Source: Gemmatimonadales bacterium
Lineage (GTDB): Bacteria; Gemmatimonadota; Gemmatimonadetes; Gemmatimonadales; GWC2-71-9
Reading direction: 5' to 3'
Assembly (NCBI GenBank): GCA_035631795.1
Contig: DASQIB010000027.1
Span: 1,910-65,909, forward strand
Length of the DNA: 64,000 nucleotides
Shown here piece by piece: positions 46,474 through 55,676 of this stretch. Under the pieces are notes generated by a model. The model searched no databases. It was not told where the DNA came from and saw nothing but the letters and a program-made list of their open reading frames with translations. Each line of letters opens with the position of its first letter. The first letter of the stretch is position 1. A program made the position numbers and the translations under genes.

Positions 46474-47771
46474 CGGGCGACGGGCGCTTCGACTTGATGG
46501 ACGATCTTGCCGCCGACGAGCGTGAGGGCCGCCCGCCCCGTAAGCACCCGGCCGGCAAACGGCGTGTTGCGACTCTTCGAGCAAAACGCGGTAGGATCCA
46601 CGGTCCAGGGATCGGTGACATCGAGAACGACGACGTCGGCGACCGCGCCCTGCCCCAACGTCCCCCCCGGCAGGCCGAACACCGAGGCCGGCGCCGCGCT
46701 CATCCGATGGATCAGCTCGGGGAGGGTGAGGATGCCATTCATCACCAGCTCCGTATAGGCGACCCCGAACGCCGTCTCGAGGCCCACAATGCCGAAGGGC
46801 GCGTCGTCGAACGCGGCTTCCTTGGCATCATAGGCGTGGGGCGCGTGATCGGATGCGATGCAGTCCACGACCCCGTCCTTGAGCGCCGCCCGCAGCGCGG
46901 CGACGTCTTCGGGCTCGCGCAGCGGCGGGTTCATCTTCGCGTGGGTATCGTAGCGCTCGCAGGCTCGATCGGTGAGCGCGAGGTGATGCGGGGTCACCTC
47001 CGCCGTCACGCGGATACCCTGCTCTTTCGCCCTCCGGATGAGCTCCACGGATCCACGGGTGGACATGTGGCACAGGTGGACGTGGCCGCCCGTGAGCCCC
47101 GCCAGCATGGCATCGCGCGCGACCATGATCTCCTCGGCGGCTGACGGGATCCCTTTCAACCCCAGGCGGGCGGACACGAGCCCTTCGTGCATCACGCCGC
47201 CGACGGCGAGTGTGGGCTCTTCGCAGTGATCGGCGACGGGGATGTCGAAAGTGCGGGCGTACTCGAGGGCGGTGCGCATGAGATGGCTCGACACGACCGG
47301 CCTACCGTCGTCGGAAACAGCGACCGCGCCCGCCCCCACCATTTCGCCGAACTCGGAGAGGCGCTCACCCTTCTGTCCGACCGAGATCGCGCCGATCGGG
47401 TACACGCGCGTGAGCCCGGCCCGGACGGATTGCCGCACGATGAAACCCACGGCGGCTTGATTGTCCGTGACGGGATCGGTGTTCGGCATGGCGCAAACGG
47501 CGGTGAACCCGCCCGCGGCCGCCGCGCGCGCGCCCGTCGCCACCGTTTCCACGTCTTCGTTCCCCGGCTCGCGCAGGTGCACGTGCACGTCCACCAGCCC
47601 CGGAGCGACGACGTGGTCGCGCACGTCCCGCACTTCGGTGCCGTCGGGCGCCCCCATCCCACGGCCGACCGCCGCGATTTTGCCGTCCTGGATCAGCACG
47701 TCGGCCGGCTCGTCCAGGTTGCGGCCCGGGTCGATTACGCGACCACCACGGAGTAACAGCGGCCGATTCAT
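46470..47771 (-). CDS. pyrC: dihydroorotase
   Basis: Trimmed to the ATG at 47771 (ATGA overlap), giving 433 aa. [13 protein letters not shown] and SDHAPH motifs. Confidence 0.9.
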   Translation of the reverse strand: MNRPLLLRGGRVIDPGRNLDEPADVLIQDGKIAAVGRGMGAPDGTEVRDVRDHVVAPGLVDVHVHLREPGNEDVETVATGARAAAAGGFTAVCAMPNTDPVTDNQAAVGFIVRQSVRAGLTRVYPIGAISVGQKGERLSEFGEMVGAGAVAVSDDGRPVVSSHLMRTALEYARTFDIPVADHCEEPTLAVGGVMHEGLVSARLGLKGIPSAAEEIMVARDAMLAGLTGGHVHLCHMSTRGSVELIRRAKEQGIRVTAEVTPHHLALTDRACERYDTHAKMNPPLREPEDVAALRAALKDGVVDCIASDHAPHAYDAKEAAFDDAPFGIVGLETAFGVAYTELVMNGILTLPELIHRMSAAPASVFGLPGGTLGQGAVADVVVLDVTDPWTVDPTAFCSKSRNTPFAGRVLTGRAALTLVGGKIVHQVEAPVAR

Positions 47772-48754
47772 TCGGACCCTCCCCCTCCCCCTCCCCCTCC
47801 CCCGGGGCCCTTGGCCGCGTCCGCTAATTCCGGTCGCCCGCCCGCAAGCAGGTACAGCACCGCCATCCGGACCGCAACGCCGTTCGTGACCTGGTCGAGG
47901 ATGACGCTGTGGGGTCCGTCGGCCACGCGCGAATCGATCTCGACACCGCGGTTCATGGGTCCCGGGTGCATGATCGTCAACTGCCGCGGCGCTTTCTCGA
48001 GCCGCTCGAGCGTCACGCCGAACACGCGGTAATACTCTCGCACGCTCGGGATGAAACCTTTCTCCATGCGCTCGAGCTGCAGCCGCAGGATGTTGAGCAC
48101 GTCCGCCCATTCGATCGCTTCCTCGATGCGGCGGAACCGGCACACGCCCAGCTCCTCGATGCCGCGCGGCATGAGCGTATCGGGACCGCAGACGCCCACC
48201 TCGGCGCCCATCTTCAGGAGGCCCCAGATATTCGAGCGCGCCACGCGGGAGTGCAGCACGTCGCCCACGAGGCAGACCTTCAAGCCGTTCACCTTCCCGT
48301 GTTTATCGCGGATGGTGAGGAGGTCCAGGAGCCCCTGCGTCGGGTGCTCGTGCTGGCCGTCGCCCGCGTTGATGACGTTGGAGCGGATGCGCCGGCCGAG
48401 GAACTCGGCCGCTCCGGACGAGGGATGCCGGATCACCACCATGTCGATGCGCATCGCCTCGAGATTCCGGGCGGTGTCCACCAGCGTTTCGCCCTTTTGC
48501 ACGGAGCTGCCACTCGCCGCCACGTTCACCGTGTCGGCCGACAGACGTTTTTCCGCGAATTCGAACGAGATCCGCGTACGGGTGGACGCTTCGAAGAACA
48601 GGTTGACGATGGTCTTGCCGCGCAGCGCCGGCACTTTCTTGATCGGCCGCTCGGAGACTTCCTTGAACGGCTCGGCCGTGTCGAGCACCAGCCGGATCTG
48701 CTCCGGCGTGAGGTGCTCGAGGCCGACGAGATCCTTTCCCAGGACGGGATTCAT
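47768..48754 (-). CDS. pyrB: aspartate carbamoyltransferase catalytic subunit (with poly-Gly C-terminal tail)
   Basis: 328 aa with [13 protein letters not shown] and HPGPMNRG motifs, ending ...[15 protein letters not shown]. Confidence 0.93.
   Translation of the reverse strand: MNPVLGKDLVGLEHLTPEQIRLVLDTAEPFKEVSERPIKKVPALRGKTIVNLFFEASTRTRISFEFAEKRLSADTVNVAASGSSVQKGETLVDTARNLEAMRIDMVVIRHPSSGAAEFLGRRIRSNVINAGDGQHEHPTQGLLDLLTIRDKHGKVNGLKVCLVGDVLHSRVARSNIWGLLKMGAEVGVCGPDTLMPRGIEELGVCRFRRIEEAIEWADVLNILRLQLERMEKGFIPSVREYYRVFGVTLERLEKAPRQLTIMHPGPMNRGVEIDSRVADGPHSVILDQVTNGVAVRMAVLYLLAGGRPELADAAKGPGGGGGGGGGSE
47777..47803 (-). repeat. (GGGGGA)4 tract: G-quadruplex-type / repeated Shine-Dalgarno-like motif
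   Basis: The minus strand reads GGGGGAGGGGGAGGGGGAGGGGGAGGG, ending 5 nt before the pyrC ATG. It is translated as the poly-Gly tail of PyrB. Confidence 0.8.
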
Positions 48755-49299
48755 CGAGGACCGCTCACCAGGTCGACCTGATCCTTTCCGTCCAGCTCTT
48801 CGACGAGCACGTCCACCCGCTCCCCGCTATTCACTTTTACCTGTTTGCCGACGATATCCGGCTGGATCGGGAGCTCGCGCCCACCTCGATCGACCAGCAC
48901 GCATAAAGAGATCCGCTTGGGGCGCCCGAAGTCGGCGAGCTCGTCGAGCGCGGCGCGCACGGTCCGTCCGGTATAGAGCACGTCGTCGACGATCACCACG
49001 TGCTTGCCGTCGAGGTCGCCGGGGATCCGCGTCTCGCCGATGACGGGCTTCGGCCCGACGGTTTCGAGGTCGTCGCGATAGAGGGTGATATCGAGCGCGC
49101 CGCGGGGGAGCACTACGCCCTCGTCTTTCTCGATGAGGGTCGCGATCCGTTCGGCCAGCTCCACACCGCGCCGTTGGATGCCGATGAGCACCAGATCGGT
49201 GGTGCCGTGCGTCAGCTCGAGCACTTCCACGGCCATACGCTGAAGCGCCCGCGACAAGGCGCGGGCGTCCAGGAGGATCGTGCGTTCAGGCCGGCCCAT
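48751..49299 (-). CDS. pyrR: bifunctional pyrimidine operon regulator / uracil phosphoribosyltransferase
   Basis: ATG at 49299 was chosen because [19 protein letters not shown] aligns with the B. subtilis PyrR N-terminus as recalled. The track start at 49338 is a [25 protein letters not shown] motif. Confidence 0.85.
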   Translation of the reverse strand: MGRPERTILLDARALSRALQRMAVEVLELTHGTTDLVLIGIQRRGVELAERIATLIEKDEGVVLPRGALDITLYRDDLETVGPKPVIGETRIPGDLDGKHVVIVDDVLYTGRTVRAALDELADFGRPKRISLCVLVDRGGRELPIQPDIVGKQVKVNSGERVDVLVEELDGKDQVDLVSGPR

Positions 49300-49416
49300 C
49301 TCGAAGCTGGAAGCTAACCACGGGTCGTCGGGGGTCAACGGCGGCGTCGGGGTTGACGACGCACCGAGCGTAGAGTCTCTTCGAGCCCGCGGACGTCCGA
49401 CCCCCCCGGAGGATTT

Positions 49417-50745
49417 ATGCGGCGGTACCTGTGGAGTCTCCTCGGCATGTTACTCGCAGCCACACCACTCGACGCCCAGGGCCTCCGCGAGAAGATCGCC
49501 GAGCTGTTCATTTTCACCGCCGGGCAGGATCCCTTGTTCCTGGGCGGCACCGCCGGCTCCGACTCCGCGACCGCCCTCCATGCCGACCATTTCATTCCCT
49601 CGGCGGTCGCCGACAACGGCACCCTCATCTCGTTCATCAGTAGTGCGATCAGTCAGAACGTCGGCAACCTCCCGGTCAGCGCCACGAGCGGCGGTTCCAC
49701 GTTTCGGTTCGAGGGGGGCGTGCCGGTCCCGACGTCGGGGTCGCCCGGCTCGGTGTTCGGGGAACGTGCGCAAACACTCGGCAAAGGACGGGTCTTTGTC
49801 GGCGCGAACGTCAATCACCTGCACTTTACGACTTTGCGGGGCGTGAGCCTGGACAACCTCCAACTGGTATTCACCCACGAGAACGTCACGGGACCCGCGT
49901 GCGACAGTCTCGTCGGCGCGTCATGCAACCCCTATGGCGTGCCGTTGCACGAGAACGACGTGATCGACGTGACGTTGGCGCTCGACATCGACATGACCGT
50001 GACTTCGTTCTTCATGAACTTCGGCCTGCTCGATCGCGTCGACATCGGAGTCGTCGTCCCGGTCGTCTCCACGTCGCTCCGCGGCACCAGCGACGCCCAG
50101 ATCGTCCCGTTCGGACCACCCCCGGCGCAGCACTTCTTCGGAGGGACGCCAACCAATCCGGTGCTCACGACGTCCCGTTTCGTCGAAGGATCCGCAACCG
50201 GCATCGGCGACATCGCTGCGCGTGTGAAGGTGAATCTCAGCCGATCGGACCGGACGAACTTCTCCGTTCTCGGTGACGTACGCTTTCCCACCGGGAGTGA
50301 GGACGACCTGCTCGGGTCGGGCCACGTAGCCGCCCGAGCGCTCGGAATCCTGTCCGCCCGGTTCGGACCCTTCACGCCCCACGCGAACATTGGCTACTTG
50401 TATCGGAGCGGCTCGCTGCAGAACAACGCCGTCCTCGCCACCGTTGGGTTCGACCACCTGATGGCGCCGTGGGCGACGATGGCCGTGGACGTCGTCTCCG
50501 AGTTGCAGGTGGGTGAGAGTAAGCTCACGCTCCCGGGGCCCGTGACGTACGACAAGCCCTACGTCCGCACGATCAACGTCACGAATATCCCGACCGAGCG
50601 CGACGACGTCATCGACGGGTCGTTCGGCTTCAAGTTCACCACACACGCAGGCATCACTCTGGTAGCGAACACCCTGTGGCCGCTGAATCGCGGAGGCCTT
50701 CGGCCCAACGTGCTGTGGACGGCCGGACTCGAATACAACTTCTAA
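49417..50745 (+). CDS. outer-membrane beta-barrel protein, unknown function
   Basis: 442 aa. GGAGG Shine-Dalgarno, signal peptide MRRYLWSLLGMLLAATPLDAQG, C-terminal ...TAGLEYNF (terminal Phe). Confidence 0.65.
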   Translation: MRRYLWSLLGMLLAATPLDAQGLREKIAELFIFTAGQDPLFLGGTAGSDSATALHADHFIPSAVADNGTLISFISSAISQNVGNLPVSATSGGSTFRFEGGVPVPTSGSPGSVFGERAQTLGKGRVFVGANVNHLHFTTLRGVSLDNLQLVFTHENVTGPACDSLVGASCNPYGVPLHENDVIDVTLALDIDMTVTSFFMNFGLLDRVDIGVVVPVVSTSLRGTSDAQIVPFGPPPAQHFFGGTPTNPVLTTSRFVEGSATGIGDIAARVKVNLSRSDRTNFSVLGDVRFPTGSEDDLLGSGHVAARALGILSARFGPFTPHANIGYLYRSGSLQNNAVLATVGFDHLMAPWATMAVDVVSELQVGESKLTLPGPVTYDKPYVRTINVTNIPTERDDVIDGSFGFKFTTHAGITLVANTLWPLNRGGLRPNVLWTAGLEYNF

Positions 50746-50752
50746 GGCCAGG

Positions 50753-52750
50753 CTAGCGGATCGTCATGAGCCGCCAGCCGGTCGAATCGACCGCCAGGAC
50801 CGCCCGGAACGTCACCGGACGCCGCTCAGAGCGACCCGTGCTGGCGTTGTCGTACGCGTAGACTCCACTGACGATGGCTTCAGCGCTCAGGCCGTTATAG
50901 CTCACCGCCGTTACTGTCAGGTCCGCCTTGAGGTTCCGGACAGATTCAAAGAACCCCTTCCAACTCTGTTGCTGCCCGGCGGTGAGACCGGGATAGGAGT
51001 GTCGAACCTGGTCCAGGTCGCGCGACTCGAGCGCACGCGCGTAGCTATCGATGACCCTCTGGATGTCGGGTCGGGGATCTTTCGGCGCAGGGGGGGGCGG
51101 CGCGGCCGGTTGCTCGACCGGCCGGGGTCTCACGGTGTCGATCTTTGGTCGCGACCGCGCGGCGCGCTCCGCCTCCGCCCAGAGAGATGCGGCGGTCGCG
51201 AGCTGGGCCATTGCCTCAGGCCCGCGGTGCTGGGCGGCGAGCGACTCCCCGCTCTTGAAGACCGTGTCCCCGCGAGCGAGGTCCGCGGGCGTCGCACCCG
51301 CGTCCACGGCATGGCTCATGGCAGCGAGCGCTCGCGCCCGGAGTGACTCCACCAGGCTGTCCTCCCGCTTCGTGGCGGCCGCCCGAGCCGTCGAATCGGG
51401 CACCACGCTCCGAGGCTGGCTCACCGGCGGTCTCGCACGTGCGGGCTGCCGCGGCGCGGGCGTCGCGATCGGTGGCGTGCTCGTCGACACCGTCTCCGCC
51501 GCCACGCGGGCCGGCGCCGGGGACGGGGTCTGCCACGGAGCAAGGCGCCAGAGGGCCCCGCCCGCGGCGATCACGGCCGCACCGAGACCCCACCACCACA
51601 CGCTCGCGGTCCGTCGGCGGACAACGGTGGACGCGGCGGGCCGCGCCCGCGGCTTCGAAAGCACGATGGGACTCGTCGGAGTCTTCAGCGGCTCCCGCCC
51701 GCCGGCCGGGCCACCGGCCATCGCGAGCGTGATCATCTCACCGCGCACGGGATCGTCCCGCCGCAACGAAGGCCGGCCGCAGACCGCGACGACGTCGTCC
51801 ATACTCGGCCACCGGGCGGCAGGGTCCTTCTCGAGCATCCGCATGACGCCGGCGCCGAGATTGGGTGGGCAATCCGGCCGCACCTCCGTCACGGGGCGGG
51901 GCCGCTCGTTGAAGTGGGCGTACATGACTGACATGGTCGACTCGCCCTCGAACGGCAACTTCCCAGTGAGCATCTCGTACGCCACCACGCCGAGCGAGTA
52001 TTGGTCCGATGCTCCAGTGACCTCGTGGGTCGCGCACTGCTCGGGGCTCATGTACGTCGGCGTCCCCACGGTGACGCCGGTGACGGTCAGTCCCTGGGCT
52101 TCCACGACCTTGGCGATGCCAAAGTCCGTGACGACGGCCCACCCGTCCTCGTCGAGCATGATATTGGCGGATTTGATGTCGCGATGAACTACTCCGTGAC
52201 GGTGCGCGTAACCGAGCGCATCCCCGACCTGGGCCAGAATAGTCTGGACCATGGCGATCGGGAGCGGCCCGACCTCGTGAATCACGGCATCGAGCGCCCG
52301 TCCCTGCACGTACTTCATGACGAAGTACAGAATGTGCTCGCTCTCCTTGACGGCATAGATGGGAATGATGTGCGGGTGACTCAGCGCCGCGGCGGTCCGC
52401 GCCTCGCGCTTGAATCGCTCGACCATCCCCTCGCCCATGAGCAAGAGCGCCGGCGACAGGACCTTGATCGCGACCTTGCGGTCGAGCGCCAGATCGTGCG
52501 CCAGGTACACAGCGGCCATCCCGCCGTGCCCCAACTCGGTGAGGATCTCGTATTCCCCGAGCGCCGCCTTCCGGAGCGTATCGAGCTGCGTATTGTACTG
52601 GACACCCGCCGGCCGGGCGGTCGCGGTGACCGCAGTGGGGTGAGCGGCATCGGCGGTTCGCAAGCTGCCGCCACAGTGCGAGCAGAACGACGAACCCGCA
52701 GCGATCGTTGCCCCGCACGTCGGACAGGACACGCCGTGCACCGTCGTCAT
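50753..52750 (-). CDS. Ser/Thr protein kinase with N-terminal zinc ribbon, TM segment and conserved C-terminal module
   Basis: Trimmed to the ATG at 52750 (ATGA overlap with the globin stop), giving 665 aa. CPTCG...CSHCG, HRDIKSAN, DFGIA and TPTYMSPE motifs. TM segment VWWWGLGAAVIAAGGALW. Confidence 0.85.
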   Translation of the reverse strand: MTTVHGVSCPTCGATIAAGSSFCSHCGGSLRTADAAHPTAVTATARPAGVQYNTQLDTLRKAALGEYEILTELGHGGMAAVYLAHDLALDRKVAIKVLSPALLLMGEGMVERFKREARTAAALSHPHIIPIYAVKESEHILYFVMKYVQGRALDAVIHEVGPLPIAMVQTILAQVGDALGYAHRHGVVHRDIKSANIMLDEDGWAVVTDFGIAKVVEAQGLTVTGVTVGTPTYMSPEQCATHEVTGASDQYSLGVVAYEMLTGKLPFEGESTMSVMYAHFNERPRPVTEVRPDCPPNLGAGVMRMLEKDPAARWPSMDDVVAVCGRPSLRRDDPVRGEMITLAMAGGPAGGREPLKTPTSPIVLSKPRARPAASTVVRRRTASVWWWGLGAAVIAAGGALWRLAPWQTPSPAPARVAAETVSTSTPPIATPAPRQPARARPPVSQPRSVVPDSTARAAATKREDSLVESLRARALAAMSHAVDAGATPADLARGDTVFKSGESLAAQHRGPEAMAQLATAASLWAEAERAARSRPKIDTVRPRPVEQPAAPPPPAPKDPRPDIQRVIDSYARALESRDLDQVRHSYPGLTAGQQQSWKGFFESVRNLKADLTVTAVSYNGLSAEAIVSGVYAYDNASTGRSERRPVTFRAVLAVDSTGWRLMTIR

Positions 52751-53172
52751 AACGCCGGCGAAGCGTAGCGGGAGACCATGTACGTGACGCCCTTCTCCAC
52801 CGTCCGCCGCCAAGCGTCCTCCACTTCGGCGGTAAACGCGGGATCAAATTGCTTCACCGTGGCGATCAGGCTATCCACAAACGGCGCGTAGAACGACGGA
52901 GGCACGTCCAAGTCCCGCCGGCTGTGCCGCTCGGCGACCCGCATCAACAGGCTCATATCGTTGTCGGGCTGCTTGGGGAACAAGAGCAAGAGTCCCAAGG
53001 CATGCCGCAGGAGCTTGTGCTGACGCTCGAAATCCGTCTTGGCGAACCGGGGAGCGGCCGCGGGGCAAGCCGTGAAGAAGTTGCGGTAGAACGCCTCGAA
53101 AAATTGGGGCGTCTCGCAGCAGCGCTGATAGCTGGCACTTGCCAAGTCTCGCGCTGCACTGTCTCGGCTCAC
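52747..53172 (-). CDS. single-domain 3-on-3 globin
   Basis: 141 aa. FFEAFYRNFFTACPAAAPRFAKTDFERQHKLLRHAL and RVAERHSRRDLDVPPSFYAPFVDSLIATV...AEVEDAWRRT are collinear with Vitreoscilla/flavohaemoglobin globin helices, including a candidate proximal His. Confidence 0.7.
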   Translation of the reverse strand: MSRDSAARDLASASYQRCCETPQFFEAFYRNFFTACPAAAPRFAKTDFERQHKLLRHALGLLLLFPKQPDNDMSLLMRVAERHSRRDLDVPPSFYAPFVDSLIATVKQFDPAFTAEVEDAWRRTVEKGVTYMVSRYASPAL

Positions 53173-53256
53173 GACCGGCTCTCAAGGGCGGGGGCGATCT
53201 TTATCCAATAACACCCGAAGACTCCGTGGGCAACACCTCAGGGTTTGGCGCCGGCG

Positions 53257-54225
53257 TTAGCGGAACACCGGGGTCAGCGGGGCCTCCCCTTTCAACACCG
53301 CCTGGACATTCGCCACGGCAATGGCGGCCATCTGGCGCCGAGCTTCATGCGTGGCGCTCCCGATGTGCGGGAGCAGGACGGTGCGGGGAGCGGCGAGCAG
53401 TCGAGGATGGATCGCGGGCTCGTCGGAGTACACGTCGAGGCCCGCCGCGCCCAACCGACCCTCCTCGAGCGCTGCGGCGAGCGCCTCCTCGCGAATCAGA
53501 TCGCCGCGCGCCGTGTTGATCAGGATCGCGCTGCGCTTCATTTGCCGCAGCGCGTCGCTGTCGATCATCCCCTTGGTTTCGGGGAGGGAAGGAACGTGCA
53601 GGGACAACACGTCGCTCTCTCGGAAGAGTCGCGACCGCTCGACGCGTTCGGCCCGGGTGTCCCGCTCGAACTCCGGGCGCGCGTTGCGCGCGGCGTAGAT
53701 GATGCGCATCCCGAAGGCGACCCCACGCCGGCCCACCGCCTGGCCGATCCGGCCCGCCCCGAACAACCCCAGGGTCCGGCCGCGCAGCTCGATCCCGAGC
53801 AGGAGCGTCGGGTGCCACCCCGTCCACTGGCCGCCTTTCACCACGTCGTTCCCCTCCACCACCCGCCGGGCGCACGCAAGGATGAGGGCCCAGGTGAGGT
53901 CGGCCGTCGCATCGGTGAGGACGTCCGGAGTATTGGTCACCTTCACCCCCCGCATCTCCGCGGCTACCACGTCCACGTTGTCGTGCCCGACGGCGCAGTT
54001 GGCCACGACCTTGAGCTGGGGCAGCCGCTTGAGCTCGGTACCGCCGACCCAGCGCGACAACAAGGAGACGATCGCCACGAAGTCGCCCTTCGGCGTCGGC
54101 TCGGCGCGCGGGAGCCACGTAACGTCGAGCCCGACCAGCTGGTCGGGCTCGAGGAAGGGCTGAAGCTCCGCAGCGATGAGAACGGCGTGGGGGGAGGGGG
54201 CGCGGGAGGAGGAGGGGGCGCCCAC
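53257..54225 (-). CDS. D-isomer-specific 2-hydroxyacid dehydrogenase (glyoxylate/hydroxypyruvate reductase-like)
   Basis: Trimmed to the GTG at 54225, giving 322 aa. NAD-binding motif GLFGAGRIGQAVGRRG and catalytic region LINTARG...PHIGSAT. Confidence 0.85.
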   Translation of the reverse strand: MGAPSSSRAPSPHAVLIAAELQPFLEPDQLVGLDVTWLPRAEPTPKGDFVAIVSLLSRWVGGTELKRLPQLKVVANCAVGHDNVDVVAAEMRGVKVTNTPDVLTDATADLTWALILACARRVVEGNDVVKGGQWTGWHPTLLLGIELRGRTLGLFGAGRIGQAVGRRGVAFGMRIIYAARNARPEFERDTRAERVERSRLFRESDVLSLHVPSLPETKGMIDSDALRQMKRSAILINTARGDLIREEALAAALEEGRLGAAGLDVYSDEPAIHPRLLAAPRTVLLPHIGSATHEARRQMAAIAVANVQAVLKGEAPLTPVFR

Positions 54226-54752
54226 TACCGCATACGAGCGCGGCGGATCGAGTCGTCCACCGCCAGCGCCCGCTCGGGACTCCACTTGTAGTAGAGCTGG
54301 AGGCAGGCGCCCGCCTGCATCTGGCGCTGGCGCGTGCATCGGGTGACCTGCGCGCGGTGTTCCCCCGCGTCATGCCGCCACAGCGAATCGGCCGTCGCCG
54401 ACGCCCGGGCGTCCGCCCAGCCGAACCCAACCAGACACCGCCCCACGTCTCCCGACGGATCCTTGGCGCACGTCTCCATTTCCTTCTTGTGACGCCCGGC
54501 GTCGGCGGTCCACGCGGAGTCGGCCCGTGACTGCGCGATCGAATCCTGCTGCTGCTGGTAGCTCGTTGCCGCCGCGAGCGCCTGGGGCGACTTCCATTTG
54601 TACTGGAGGACGAGGCACTGGGCCGCGCCCTTGGCGTCCATCGTGATGCGGCTGCACTCGCGCACCTCCGCGAGCCTCTTCTCGGCCGACTTGCCGCACG
54701 CGAGGGCGGAGACCGTCATCACGGCGGCGAACCAAGCCTTCGTCCGGTGCAT
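54225..54752 (-). CDS. lipoprotein with three Cys-containing internal repeats
   Basis: Trimmed to the ATG at 54752, giving 175 aa. Signal peptide and lipobox MHRTKAWFAAVMTVSALACG. Confidence 0.55.
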   Translation of the reverse strand: MHRTKAWFAAVMTVSALACGKSAEKRLAEVRECSRITMDAKGAAQCLVLQYKWKSPQALAAATSYQQQQDSIAQSRADSAWTADAGRHKKEMETCAKDPSGDVGRCLVGFGWADARASATADSLWRHDAGEHRAQVTRCTRQRQMQAGACLQLYYKWSPERALAVDDSIRRARMR

Positions 54753-54950
54753 CGAAGCCTCCGGGTACGGGCACAGGAGCGGGTGAGCGCACCCCACTCT
54801 AGTGACACGGCTCCGCTCCGTGCAAGCGCATCCGTGCTGTTGCATTCCGCATTGAAAGCGCGGTTTCTCCGCGCACGCGCAGGCACCCGGCCACGACCGG
54901 GAACAGCGCAACTCTCGACGGTCTAAGTGCTTGGTGTGCGACGCGGACCC

Positions 54951-54966
54951 GGGCACGCGGCTTGCG
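54951..54966 (+). promoter_or_regulatory. sigma-54-type promoter element (GGGCACG-N4-TTGC) upstream of pilin gene
   Basis: gGGCACGcggcTTGCg matches the TGGCACG-N4-TTGCW core. It lies about 60 nt upstream of the pilin ATG, in the correct orientation. Confidence 0.45.
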
Positions 54967-55027
54967 TTATCACGCCCACCGCGTTGCTGCGGCCCATACG
55001 GGCGTGCGGGTCTACGGAGGGACTGCT

Positions 55028-55432
55028 ATGCATCGCAGGGGCTTCACGCTGATCGAGCTGTTGATCGTGGTGGTGATCATCGGGATTCTCGCTGCCATCG
55101 CCATCCCGAAGTTCGCCAACACGAAGTCGAAGGCGTACATCGCGTCGATGAAATCGGACCTGCGCAACCTGCTCACGTCCGAAGAGGCGTTTTTCGCCGA
55201 CTCGATCAAGTACAGCGGGAGTATCTCGTGCACTACGCCGCCGACCGTGGGCACCGTCAACTTCTGCCCCAGCGTGGGCAACAACCTCGCCGGCCCCACC
55301 GTGAACGGCGGCGGCTGGAGTGCGACGATCACGAACAACAATCTGAACAACCCCGTGATCACGTGCGCGATCTTCGTGAACACGGCGGCCGTCGCGCCCG
55401 CGACCAACGAGGGCATCGCGGCCTGCTTGTAA
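55028..55432 (+). CDS. type IV pilin-like protein (prepilin-type N-terminal cleavage/methylation domain)
   Basis: Trimmed to the ATG at 55028 with a GGAGGG Shine-Dalgarno, giving 134 aa. MHRRGFTLIELLIVVVIIGILAAIAIPKF. Confidence 0.8.
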   Translation: MHRRGFTLIELLIVVVIIGILAAIAIPKFANTKSKAYIASMKSDLRNLLTSEEAFFADSIKYSGSISCTTPPTVGTVNFCPSVGNNLAGPTVNGGGWSATITNNNLNNPVITCAIFVNTAAVAPATNEGIAACL

Positions 55433-55519
55433 CGGACAGGGTGGGATTCGAACCCACGGTACCCTTGCGGGCACACCGGTTTTCGAGACCGGCCGTTTCA
55501 ACCGCTCACGCACCTGTCC
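55433..55519 (-). tRNA. tRNA-Ser (anticodon CGA)
   Basis: Minus strand: GGACAGG acceptor, anticodon stem CCGGT/ACCGG with loop CU-CGA-AA, long variable arm, GTGGGTTCGAATCCCAC T-arm, discriminator G. CCA is not encoded. Confidence 0.88.
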
Positions 55520-55547
55520 CCTACGAACGGGAGAACCGCCTACAGTA

Positions 55548-55655
55548 GCAGACGCAGCAGACGCACAGAGGAGAACAGGCGAGACCTATCAGGTAGGCCC
55601 ACCTGTATCGACTGCTCACCGTTCACCCCTGCCGCGTCTGTGCGTCTGTAACTGC
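55548..55655. repeat. hairpin with CAGACGCA-type tandem-repeat arms between the two tRNA-Ser genes
   Basis: gcagacgcagcagacgcacagag (55548-55570) and cgcgtctgtgcgtctgtaactgc (55633-55655). The 12-nt core cagacgcacaga / tctgtgcgtctg is perfectly complementary. Confidence 0.7.
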
Positions 55656-55676
55656 TTTCTGCCTCCGCGCCTTGCA

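Noticed and set aside
49300-49416. Possible PyrR-binding attenuator upstream of pyrR
   Set aside because: I searched the minus-strand leader for the ARUCCAGAGAGGYU binding loop. Only a partial UCCAG followed by non-matching bases was found, and there is no convincing terminator/antiterminator pair.
54185-54225. G-rich tract GGGGGGAGGGGGCGCGGGAGGAGGAGGGGGCG as another repeat or G4 element
   Set aside because: It lies on the non-coding strand of the dehydrogenase N-terminus (encoding APSSSRAPSP). It is irregular, has no tandem unit, and has no inverted partner. It was not distinguishable from ordinary GC-rich coding sequence.
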